Origin: Deltaproteobacteria bacterium
GTDB taxonomy: Bacteria; Myxococcota_A; UBA9160; UBA6930
Assembly (NCBI GenBank): GCA_031387905.1
Contig: JANNDT010000208.1
Location: 1 to 62,056 of the forward strand
DNA length: 62,056 nt
Direction of reading: 5' to 3'
Of the stretch, positions 18,602 through 26,184 are shown in pieces. The translations under genes were made by a program, and so were the position numbers. How positions within the stretch are numbered: the stretch's first letter is position 1; every line of letters starts with the position of its first letter. The notes beneath the pieces are model-generated. The model saw only the letters and a list, made by a program, of their open reading frames with translations. It was not told the origin of the DNA and did no database searches.

Positions 18602-18988
18602 TCAGCGGTTCTCGCCGGTCGCGGCGATGCGGCGAAGCGTGAAGACGCGCGCGAGAACTTCGGCGCGCTCGCTGAACTCGCCGGCGTTGCGCGAGAGCGC
18701 GACGAGTTCGCGATCTCGGTCGACGCCGTTGCCATCGGGGCGGCTGCCCGGCGGCCCGGTCAGCACGCGAACGCCGGCGTTGCCGGGGCTCGCGATGTGC
18801 GACGGGTTGGTGCGCGCTAGGCCCTCGGCGGCGCGCTCGAGCGCGGGCGCGAACTCGACGTCGATGCGCCGATAGCCCGGGGTGTCCGAGTTGGCGACGT
18901 TCGCCGCGAGCGCTCCTTGCCGCGTGACGCGGAAACGCAGTGCGCTTTCGAGCTCCGCCATCGAGCCGCCTAGCAGCTTGTCGAGCAT
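18602..18988 (-). CDS. flgB: Proximal rod protein FlgB
   Basis: Start trimmed to ATG 18988 (128 aa). Motifs RQGALAANVANSDTPGYRRIDVEF and a C-terminal rod-family segment. A sigma54 promoter lies 28 nt upstream. Confidence 0.9.
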   Translation of the reverse strand: MLDKLLGGSMAELESALRFRVTRQGALAANVANSDTPGYRRIDVEFAPALERAAEGLARTNPSHIASPGNAGVRVLTGPPGSRPDGNGVDRDRELVALSRNAGEFSERAEVLARVFTLRRIAATGENR

Positions 18989-19016
18989 CGGGTCCACCTC
19001 TCCTGGGAGGCAGAAC

Positions 19017-19032
19017 TGCAACCGGTGTGCCA
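19017..19032 (-). promoter_or_regulatory. sigma54 (RpoN) -24/-12 promoter of the flgB operon
   Basis: Minus strand reads TGGCACaccggTTGCA, an exact match to TGGCAC-N5-TTGCW with correct GG-N10-GC spacing. Confidence 0.85.
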
Positions 19033-19102
19033 GGGCGCTGAGGCTCTCTGCAAGGCGCAGCGTGCGTTTCGCGCGCAGCGCCGACCTAATTGCATCGCAA
19101 GC

Positions 19103-19121
19103 GCGTTTCAACTCGAAACGC
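19103..19121 (-). promoter_or_regulatory. Palindromic upstream motif (candidate enhancer-binding-protein site) for the flgB promoter
   Basis: GCGTTTC-AACTC-GAAACGC, a perfect 7-bp inverted repeat, lies 70 nt upstream of the promoter. A 17-nt string within and just past it (19107..19123) is identical to 38868..38884. Confidence 0.55.
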
Positions 19122-19140
19122 TGTGAAACGCGGTCGGAAG

Positions 19141-19203
19141 AAACGTCCGTTCGGTTCGACTTGGCTCCGCTTCGCCTCGCTGCGCGCGGCGAAGCCGCTT
19201 GCG
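19141..19203 (-). repeat. REP-like element, copy 4 (inverted orientation), possible terminator hairpin after the EBP gene
   Basis: Minus strand reads aagcggcttcgccgcgcgcagcgaggcgaagcggagccaagtcgaaccgaacgg, related to the copies at 6151 and 54985. It contains the 8-bp stem GCTTCGCC/GGCGAAGC (19169..19195). Confidence 0.5.
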
Positions 19204-20448
19204 TCAGCGGGTTGCGCGCAACTTGTTGCGGAGCGTGCGGACGTGAATGCCGAGCGCGCGGGCAGCGAGCGTGCGATCGCCGCCGCTCGCGGTGAGAGCG
19301 CGCGCGATCGTAGCCCGCTCGAGCGTCGCGAGATCGAGCGTGGCGCCGTCCGCGGTGAGTGGCTGCGCCGCGGCGAGCGGCCGCGCGAGGCGCGCGAAAT
19401 CGATGCTGCGGCCCGCAAACAGCAGCGCGGCACGCCGCATCAGCCCATCTAGTTCGGGCAAGTTCCCCGGGAAAGGCCGCGCGGCGAGCGCCGCGAGCCC
19501 TGCAGCGTCGAGTCGCGCGGGCGCCTCGCCGGCTGCGCGCGCGGCGCGCTCGAGGAAGTGCTGCGCGAGCGCCGGCAGGTCGAGCGGACGTTCGCGCAAT
19601 GCGGGAATCGCCAGCGGCTCGAACCCGAAGTGAATGCCGAGTGCCGGCAGCAGGCGCCTGGCTGCGACCTCGGCCGCAAGCGATCGGCGCGATGTGACCA
19701 CGACCCGCGCCGCGCTGCGCGAGAGCACGCCGTCCGCATCGGCCAGCCGGCCCGCCCTCAGGCAACTCAGTAACAAGCTCTGCGAAACGATCGGAAGATC
19801 GCCGACCTCTTCGAGCACGAGCGTGCCGCCGACCGCCATGTCGACGGCCTCCAGCAGCGCGTCCTCCGGACGCGGCACGCGCGCATCCGCGTTCCACATC
19901 TCGGAGAGCTCCGCGCACTGAAGCTCTACCAACCGCGAACCGAGTGCGGCGCTCCGCTGGTGGAGCCAACGCGCCAGCTGCGTCTTGCCGGTTCCGACCT
20001 CACCGCTGAGCGCGACCGTGAGCGAGGTCGAAGCCAGCGCTTCGAGGCGCTCGAGGAGCTGGCGATAAGCGGGGTCCCGGGCGATCGGGCGCTCGCAGCG
20101 ATCGTCGCGAGCATCCATCAGGCGTGTGAGCGTCGCCTCTAGAAGCGCTGGCGCGAACGGCTTGCAGAGCGTCGCGTCGGCGCCAGCCGCCGAAGCGGCA
20201 ATCAGGGCGGCAGGCGAGCTGCTGCGGAGCAGCGCGAGGATCGGCAGCGCGGGCGCGAGACGGCGAGCGCGCTCGATCGCGAGGCAGCCCTCCGCGTTCT
20301 CGACGTCCAGCACGAGAGCCTGTGCGCCTAACAGGTGATCCTGGGCGCTCTCGCTGGCGACGGCGCGCGACGCGAACCCTGCGCGTCCGAGCGCCCGCGC
20401 GAGCGCGCGGCGCAAGCTCGCATCGGAGCACGCGACGAGCACGCTCAC
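19204..20448 (-). CDS. NtrC-family REC-AAA+-Fis_HTH regulator lacking the GAFTGA sigma54-contact loop
   Basis: Start GTG 20448 overlaps the upstream stop (GTGA). The receiver shows ALVLDVE ... LCKPF. Walker A is GEVGTGKTQ and Walker B is GGTLVLEEV. The segment where ESELFGHEKGAFTGA should lie reads AELSEMWNADARVPRPEDALLEAV. The C-terminal HTH is LAARALGIHVRTLRNKL. Confidence 0.8.
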   Translation of the reverse strand: MSVLVACSDASLRRALARALGRAGFASRAVASESAQDHLLGAQALVLDVENAEGCLAIERARRLAPALPILALLRSSSPAALIAASAAGADATLCKPFAPALLEATLTRLMDARDDRCERPIARDPAYRQLLERLEALASTSLTVALSGEVGTGKTQLARWLHQRSAALGSRLVELQCAELSEMWNADARVPRPEDALLEAVDMAVGGTLVLEEVGDLPIVSQSLLLSCLRAGRLADADGVLSRSAARVVVTSRRSLAAEVAARRLLPALGIHFGFEPLAIPALRERPLDLPALAQHFLERAARAAGEAPARLDAAGLAALAARPFPGNLPELDGLMRRAALLFAGRSIDFARLARPLAAAQPLTADGATLDLATLERATIARALTASGGDRTLAARALGIHVRTLRNKLRATR

Positions 20449-21047
20449 GGCGCCTCCTCGGCCGCGAGCCGGAGCTGGACGCGCAGGGGTCGACCGGCGC
20501 GCATCGGCTCGCGCTCGAGTTCGGCCCCTTCCGCGAGCGCAAAGCGTTCGAGTAGCTCGTCGATTAGGGCCGACTTCGAGTCGCGTGTCGGTCGCACCTC
20601 CAGCCCGAGGCGAGCGCCCGAACCGGCGCGCTCGAGCGACAACGTGATCTCGCCGCCCTCGCGCACCGCCAGGCACGCAACCCGGAGCAGACGCGTCGCA
20701 GCGCGACGTACCGCCGCCGGATCTCCGAGGACCGGCTCAGCGCCGGCCGCGAGGCAGAGCGTTGCGGAATGCGCAGCCAGCGCGGCGCATGCGCGCGAGC
20801 GGATCTCTGCCAGGGCGGGCCGGCAATCGCTGCGCGGTTCGTGGGCCCGCTGCTCGCGGGGCCCGAGCGCGCGCTCGAGTTCGCCGAGCCGCCCCGCCAC
20901 GTCCCCTAATGCCCCCGAGATTGCCGCCGCCCGCTCGCGCAGCTCATGCGGGCGCGCGCTCTCCAGCCGTTGCAGCGCGAGCGCGATGCGCGTGAGGGGA
21001 TCGCGCAGCGCGGACAGCGCCCTGCCCGCCAAAGCGTCGCGCCTCAT
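20445..21047 (-). CDS. Degenerate histidine-kinase-like protein (no sensor domain, H-box and ATP-lid motifs eroded)
   Basis: Start trimmed to ATG 21047 (200 aa), which overlaps the TPR gene stop. The DHp-like helix reads LSALRDPLTRIALALQRL where SHELRTPL is expected. No N-box Asn, DxGxG or GxGxG motif is recognisable. Confidence 0.5.
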   Translation of the reverse strand: MRRDALAGRALSALRDPLTRIALALQRLESARPHELRERAAAISGALGDVAGRLGELERALGPREQRAHEPRSDCRPALAEIRSRACAALAAHSATLCLAAGAEPVLGDPAAVRRAATRLLRVACLAVREGGEITLSLERAGSGARLGLEVRPTRDSKSALIDELLERFALAEGAELEREPMRAGRPLRVQLRLAAEEAP

Positions 21048-23092
21048 GGCTCGCTCATTGCGCTGTCGTCGAGCTCTTCGGAGAGCCGCTGGAGGTGGAT
21101 CTCCAACGCCGAGAGTCGACTCCAAGCGTTCTGCGACGCGTGCGCCGCTGCCCGGTCTAATGCTTCCTTGCGCTCCGCGCCTCCGGCCGCAGCGAACGCG
21201 GCATGGTGAAGCGCCCGATCGCGCAGCACTCCGCTCGGGAGCTGCGCGGCAGCTCGTTCGTAGGCAGCGCGCGCTTCCGGAACCGCACCGCGGCTCATGC
21301 GAAGATCTGCCAGGCGAAGCCAAGCGAAGGCACGCGCCTCCAGCAGGGCGGCTGGCTCGCGCGCGAGCGACGCCTCGAGTGCGCCAACGCCTGCGACGGG
21401 ATCGCGCCCGGCCTCCAGCATTCGCACGAGCGCCAGCTCGACCTGAATGCGCAGCTCGATCGGCAGCGCGTCGGCATTCGCGAGCGATGTAAGCGCGTCG
21501 AAGGCGGGGCCGAGCAACCCCTCCTTCTCGGCGAGCGCGGCTGCCAGATAGCGCCAGCGCAAGGCCGCGTCCGGCGGCGAACTCGGGGCCGTCTCGGCTG
21601 TCGCGGCTTCGATGGCGGCATGCACGGCGGGCAATTCTCCCGTAGCCAGGGCGGCCGCCGCCGTCCGCAGCGCGAGGTCGGGGATGCGCTGCGCGCCGTA
21701 AGTGCGGCCCGCGAGCCGATAGGCGTCGAGCGCCGCGCCCGGCATGCCCGTGACCAGGAAGCAGTCCGCGACGCGCAGCAACGCAGTGGGCTCTGCCGCT
21801 TGGCGAGCAATTAGGTCCGTACGGCTTCCGAGCGCCTGGAGCACGCCACTACACACCACGCTCTCAGCGGTGATCTGCGCGAGGGCGCGCTCCATGTCCT
21901 CGCGGAAGTAGGGAATCGAGCTCGCGTCCACGCCGGAGTGCGCGAGGCGGACGCCCGCGCGCAGGCTCTCCGTGACGGAACCTTTTGCGAGCTGGCCTCG
22001 CACGAGCAGGCCCAAGGCCGCGGCGCGCAGCTCGGGATGTGGCGAGTTCGCAGCGGCTTCGCTGGCCGCGCGCGCTTGCTCGGGGCGCCCAGCGTCGAGT
22101 TCGAGCCCGGCGATCCGCAAGCCTGCGAGTGCGCGCACATCCGAGTTCGCGCCGACCCGCAGCACGCGTTCGAGCGTGTTGCGCGCGTCGCTCACGCGAC
22201 CGAGCGCTGTCAGCGCATCCGCCTTGCGGATCGAAGCGAGACCGCCAGGCCACGCCAGCTCCGCGCGCGCCAGCCAATAATGAGCCGCCGAGAAATCTTT
22301 CGCGCGCAGAGCGAGTTCGCCCGCGACGAGCGACCACGGCTCGACATCGAGTCCCGCCTGAGCCGCTGCCTCGAGCTTGCCCGGGAAGGCGCCCCAGAGT
22401 TCCGCCGCCCCGTTGGCATCTTCGGACCCGGCCACGGGAAACGCGGCCTCGGCGCGTCGCAGCCAAGCTGCCAGCGCGAGCCGGTCGTCCGGCTCGTCGG
22501 CCAGCTCCGCGTAACGCCGTAGAGCCTGGGTTTCATCGCCCGTGCGGTGCGCTTCCTCCGCCGCGAGCCAGCTCGCCGTGGCCGCAAGCCGCTCCGGCCA
22601 CTCCTTGCTGGCGAGCTTCGTCTGCGCACGCGCGCGATCGACGCGCGCCTCGAGTGGGAGATCCAGTAACAAGGCGAGCCGCGCGCTCTCCAGCAGCGCG
22701 CACGCGCGCGCTGCTGGCCGCGGCTCTCGCTCTGCGATCTCCAATAGCCGCTTCCGGCTCGCGCTGCGCGCGGAGCCAACGGCGGTGCGGGCGCGGAACG
22801 TCGCCTCGAGCAATGCGCTGTCGCCCGGTGGTCCGGGTGCGAGCTTCAGGGCGGCGAGGCCTCGCTGCGCGCCAGCGATGTCGCCGTCGCGAATGCGCGC
22901 GAGGAAATCGAGCGCCGCGGGAGATTCCGTCGGCGAGCAGGGCGCGGTCGCGTCCAGAAAGCGCGGTGTGCGCTGCGAGGGATGCACGAGATGGAAGGGG
23001 CTCGGCGGCGGCACGCTGGGCTCGCTGTGCGCGGCAACGGCGAGCAGCGCCGCGCCCGCGAGCAGGCCGCAGCGAGCGCGGAGTCGCGTCAC
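21044..23092 (-). CDS. Exported TPR-repeat protein
   Basis: Start set to GTG 23092, which overlaps the PilZ stop (GTGA). The signal-peptide-like N-terminus is VTRLRARCGLLAGAALLAVAAHS. An Ala/Leu/Arg-rich helical repeat pattern runs throughout 682 aa. Confidence 0.65.
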   Translation of the reverse strand: MTRLRARCGLLAGAALLAVAAHSEPSVPPPSPFHLVHPSQRTPRFLDATAPCSPTESPAALDFLARIRDGDIAGAQRGLAALKLAPGPPGDSALLEATFRARTAVGSARSASRKRLLEIAEREPRPAARACALLESARLALLLDLPLEARVDRARAQTKLASKEWPERLAATASWLAAEEAHRTGDETQALRRYAELADEPDDRLALAAWLRRAEAAFPVAGSEDANGAAELWGAFPGKLEAAAQAGLDVEPWSLVAGELALRAKDFSAAHYWLARAELAWPGGLASIRKADALTALGRVSDARNTLERVLRVGANSDVRALAGLRIAGLELDAGRPEQARAASEAAANSPHPELRAAALGLLVRGQLAKGSVTESLRAGVRLAHSGVDASSIPYFREDMERALAQITAESVVCSGVLQALGSRTDLIARQAAEPTALLRVADCFLVTGMPGAALDAYRLAGRTYGAQRIPDLALRTAAAALATGELPAVHAAIEAATAETAPSSPPDAALRWRYLAAALAEKEGLLGPAFDALTSLANADALPIELRIQVELALVRMLEAGRDPVAGVGALEASLAREPAALLEARAFAWLRLADLRMSRGAVPEARAAYERAAAQLPSGVLRDRALHHAAFAAAGGAERKEALDRAAAHASQNAWSRLSALEIHLQRLSEELDDSAMSEP

Positions 23093-23628
23093 TTGTCCTC
23101 CGCGGACACCGAGTGCTGACGCAGATTCCGCCGCTCCACCGCGATGCAGTGCCGAATGATCGAATCGCGATCCGCCTCGTGGATGACCCGTAGCGCGAGA
23201 GGTACGAGCTCGAGCGAATCGCCGGCTGCGTGCGCCACGACGACGGCCTGCGCGCGCACCGGCCGCAGCGGCATGCCGGGTAGGTGCAGCTCGACGAGGA
23301 CGTGCTGACCGGCGACAGACAGTGACCCGTCGCTCGGTACCAACAAGCCGTTTCCGGAGATCACGATGTCGAGTTCTTCGCTCGGCAGAACGCCGGATTC
23401 GGCCTCGGCACCGAGCTTCCGTAACACGATGTCGAGCTTGCGCTCGATCCGCGCGAGCCATTCGGCGAGCTCGAAATCGATGCGCGTGCCGTAGCCCGGC
23501 TCGCGCTGGGTGATTTCGCGCGCGATCTCCTCTGCCTCGGCTCGCGTGAGCGCACGCAGTCCGACGCGAAGGCGCGTGTGAACGCGGAAGTACTCGCGGC
23601 TTTCGCGTTGCTCGGACGTGTCGGTCAT
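23089..23628 (-). CDS. PilZ domain protein
   Basis: Start trimmed to ATG 23628 (179 aa). It has an RxxxR-type motif QRESREYFR near the N-terminus and DIVISGNG (D/NxSxxG-like) further on. A sigma54 promoter lies 23 nt upstream. Confidence 0.7.
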   Translation of the reverse strand: MTDTSEQRESREYFRVHTRLRVGLRALTRAEAEEIAREITQREPGYGTRIDFELAEWLARIERKLDIVLRKLGAEAESGVLPSEELDIVISGNGLLVPSDGSLSVAGQHVLVELHLPGMPLRPVRAQAVVVAHAAGDSLELVPLALRVIHEADRDSIIRHCIAVERRNLRQHSVSAEDK

Positions 23629-23651
23629 GCGGACCCCCGCACGAACACGAG

Positions 23652-23667
23652 AGCAAGCCACGTGCCA
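23652..23667 (-). promoter_or_regulatory. sigma54 -24/-12 promoter of the PilZ-TPR operon
   Basis: Minus strand reads TGGCACgtggcTTGCT with exact consensus spacing. Confidence 0.8.
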
Positions 23668-23705
23668 GCGATCGCGCAGCTCGGATCGCCGCTCGGGTGC
23701 GCGAC

Positions 23706-23717
23706 GCGTTTCAACTT
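23706..23717 (-). promoter_or_regulatory. Half-site of the shared upstream motif
   Basis: GCGTTTCAACTT matches 11/12 to the left half plus spacer of the flgB motif. It lies 38 nt upstream of the PilZ promoter. Confidence 0.35.
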
Positions 23718-23776
23718 GCGCTGACGCGTTCCGATTTGGGAGCGCGCGGACGAAAGCCTCCCTTGGCGGATCTCAG

Positions 23777-24892
23777 TCAGGCGGTCGTCGCGTCCGCAGA
23801 AACATGTCGGTCGCGGCCTGCTCGTTTCGCCTGATAGAGCGCTTGGTCTGCGCGCCGGAACCAGTCTTCGGGAGAGTCGCCGAGGCGGCAGCGAGCGGAG
23901 CCGATTGAAACGGACACGCGCAGCGGCTCGCCGGGGGTCGAGATCTCGATTTCGCTCATTGTAAACAAGACCCGGTCGGCGACAGCCGACTCGGCCCCGA
24001 CCTCGGCGCCCTCGACCACGATCACGAACTCATCTCCACCGAAGCGGGCGATGAAGTCTTCTGCGTCGCGGTAGGTAACGCGCAGCCGCGCGCCGAGCTG
24101 GCGAAGGAGCTTGTCGCCAACCTCGTGGCCGTGGTTGTCGTTCACCCATTTGAAGTGATCGATATCGAGCACGAACATGAGCGCCGGCGTCGCGAGCAGA
24201 AAATTGATCTCGGTCAGGCGTTTCAGATGCGCGTCGAGCGCGGCGCGGTTGTAGAGGCCGGTCAGCGGGTCGGTCGTCCCTTGGCGCTGCGCGTTGACCA
24301 GTTCGGCCGAGACGTGCGCAAGCTTCGCGGAGAGCTTCTCTACGAACTCGCGCTGCCGGTGTTGGCGCGCGTCGATCGAGGCGTGGATGAACTGTGCCGC
24401 GAGAACTGCCTCTCGCTTGATCGCCGCGACATCGCTGCTCGCGACCACTTCCCGCAGCCGCTGGATGTGGTGCACAGAACGTTGGTCCGCCGTGAGATCC
24501 TCAGAGCTCGAACGCCCAAGACACTCGACGAATGCCCACAAGGCTTCTCGCAGATCCCCGACCGACCTGCCGACCGTTCGTTGTTCGGTCTTGCGGTGCT
24601 CGAGCACGAAGCGATCGAGCCCGTCCCAGTTTGGCGAGGGCTCGTCCGAGTCGATCTCGATCACGCGCGCGGCCAGCCGCGCCCAGTTCTCGAATTGCTT
24701 GCTGCTCTCGGCGCCCTTTTCGTCCGGCGATGCCGACACTGGAAACTGGCCCCAGCTTCGAAGCGCGAAAACCAGCGACTCGATCGCCCGCTGCGCGATG
24801 TCGTCCGGCTCTTCGACGCCCGCGGCCTTGGGCTCCGCGACTGGGAGGCTCCTCTTCTCCGCATCGCCGCCGCGGCGCCCCCAGAAGCTCAT
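23777..24892 (-). CDS. Diguanylate cyclase (GGDEF domain) with ~200-aa uncharacterised N-terminal region
   Basis: Motifs DPLTGLYNRAAL, VLDIDHFKWVNDNHGHEVGD, and an intact active site RFGGDEFVIVV. Confidence 0.85.
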   Translation of the reverse strand: MSFWGRRGGDAEKRSLPVAEPKAAGVEEPDDIAQRAIESLVFALRSWGQFPVSASPDEKGAESSKQFENWARLAARVIEIDSDEPSPNWDGLDRFVLEHRKTEQRTVGRSVGDLREALWAFVECLGRSSSEDLTADQRSVHHIQRLREVVASSDVAAIKREAVLAAQFIHASIDARQHRQREFVEKLSAKLAHVSAELVNAQRQGTTDPLTGLYNRAALDAHLKRLTEINFLLATPALMFVLDIDHFKWVNDNHGHEVGDKLLRQLGARLRVTYRDAEDFIARFGGDEFVIVVEGAEVGAESAVADRVLFTMSEIEISTPGEPLRVSVSIGSARCRLGDSPEDWFRRADQALYQAKRAGRDRHVSADATTA

Positions 24893-24926
24893 CGGATGAA
24901 CTCCGCAGCGGCGCGCGAACGCCCCG

Positions 24927-25133
24927 CTAGCGGTCGTGCCTGCGACGTCTCCGGCGCACGAGGCGCGGATCGATTCGAGTGCGTCGGTCGATCAGGACGT
25001 CGAGAGGTTGCCCCGACTCGGCATCGACTGCGCCGAAGCGCCCGCCCGAGAACGCCGTCGGCAGCATCCGAGCGCGCGTAAGTTCCACCGCGGTGTAGAT
25101 CGCACAGGCCATACCGAGCAGGGTCCACAGCAT
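24927..25133 (-). CDS. Possible small membrane protein
   Basis: 68-aa ORF with one hydrophobic helix MLWTLLGMACAIYTAVEL and an Arg-rich tail. It lies between two same-strand genes. There is no other support. Confidence 0.3.
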   Translation of the reverse strand: MLWTLLGMACAIYTAVELTRARMLPTAFSGGRFGAVDAESGQPLDVLIDRRTRIDPRLVRRRRRRHDR

Positions 25134-25223
25134 GTCCGTGAGTCGCGCCGCGCGCGCTAGAGGTGACGCCGGCTCCGCTGGAAACTATGCGTAGATCCCT
25201 GGAACTACTGAGATTTCTGTGAT

Positions 25224-26183
25224 TCATACGGCGACCTCCGGGGCTCCGCGGGCCGACTCGACGCAGCTCCGAATTTCCGCGGCGCTATAAGGATGGGCGA
25301 CGATCCCGTGTGCGCCGGCCCGCAACGAGGCGAGCAGCTGGAGGCGCGTCGGCCGGGCGAGGCCGATTAGCAAGGTCGCCTCGGAAAGGCGCGGATCGCG
25401 CGCGAGGCTCTCCGCCAACTCGATTCCCGCGCGGCCTGCGAGGTCCCACGGCACGACGAGCACACTCGCCTCGAGCACGCGGTCATCGAACGCCTTGGCG
25501 AGGTCGCGCGGTTCAACGGTGAGCACCGCCCAGCCGAGGTCCGGTTCGAGTTCGGCGATTCGTTTGCGTTCTGCGTCGCCGACGCTGACGAAGCACACGC
25601 TCTCGCGCGCCACTCCAGCGCCCACCGCTAGGTGCGAGCGCACGAAAGCCAGGTCGAGCCGGCCCGCGCTGAAGCCCTCCACCTCGAGCGTGAAACTCAT
25701 GCGCAAGTAGATGCTGTCGTCGATCCAAGTCGGGTCGGACTGCGGCGCGGCGACCTCTTTGGCCGGATCGATCGTGAACGGCGGCAATTCCGCCGTCGGA
25801 TACGAGCGCCTCAGCACGTCGGAGACCGACTCCATCACCTGGGCGAGCGCGCCGCTGGCATCAGCGTCGAGGGCGCCATCGCGCGCAGCATGCAGCGCAT
25901 CGTCCACGAGCCGGCGCTCGAGCGCGGCGATCGTCAGCGCGTCGACTTTCGGCAAGAGCACATGCAACGGCCCCGGCGGATCATCGCCGCAGCGCAGCGC
26001 TTGGTGGACGAGAGCTGCGTCGCTGGCAACGAGGTCGACCACACCAACCTCGTGGAAGCTCGCAGCCCCGAAGCCGATGCTCCGGCCGAGCCGCGCACTC
26101 AGCTCTCCCGCGAGACTCGACGCAAACGCGCTGGCGCCCTCTTCGAGCAGCGCTCGCGACAGGGTTGTGATGGGCTCGCTCAT
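25224..26183 (-). CDS. Hypothetical protein with C-terminal receiver-like (possibly pseudo-receiver) domain
   Basis: 319 aa. The C-terminal ~120 aa have a CheY-like beta-alpha pattern (VLVVPWDLAGRAGIEL ... LLIGLA ... GIVAHPY), but the conserved Lys position reads His. It starts 1 nt after the upstream stop. Confidence 0.5.
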   Translation of the reverse strand: MSEPITTLSRALLEEGASAFASSLAGELSARLGRSIGFGAASFHEVGVVDLVASDAALVHQALRCGDDPPGPLHVLLPKVDALTIAALERRLVDDALHAARDGALDADASGALAQVMESVSDVLRRSYPTAELPPFTIDPAKEVAAPQSDPTWIDDSIYLRMSFTLEVEGFSAGRLDLAFVRSHLAVGAGVARESVCFVSVGDAERKRIAELEPDLGWAVLTVEPRDLAKAFDDRVLEASVLVVPWDLAGRAGIELAESLARDPRLSEATLLIGLARPTRLQLLASLRAGAHGIVAHPYSAAEIRSCVESARGAPEVAV

Positions 26184-26184
26184 C

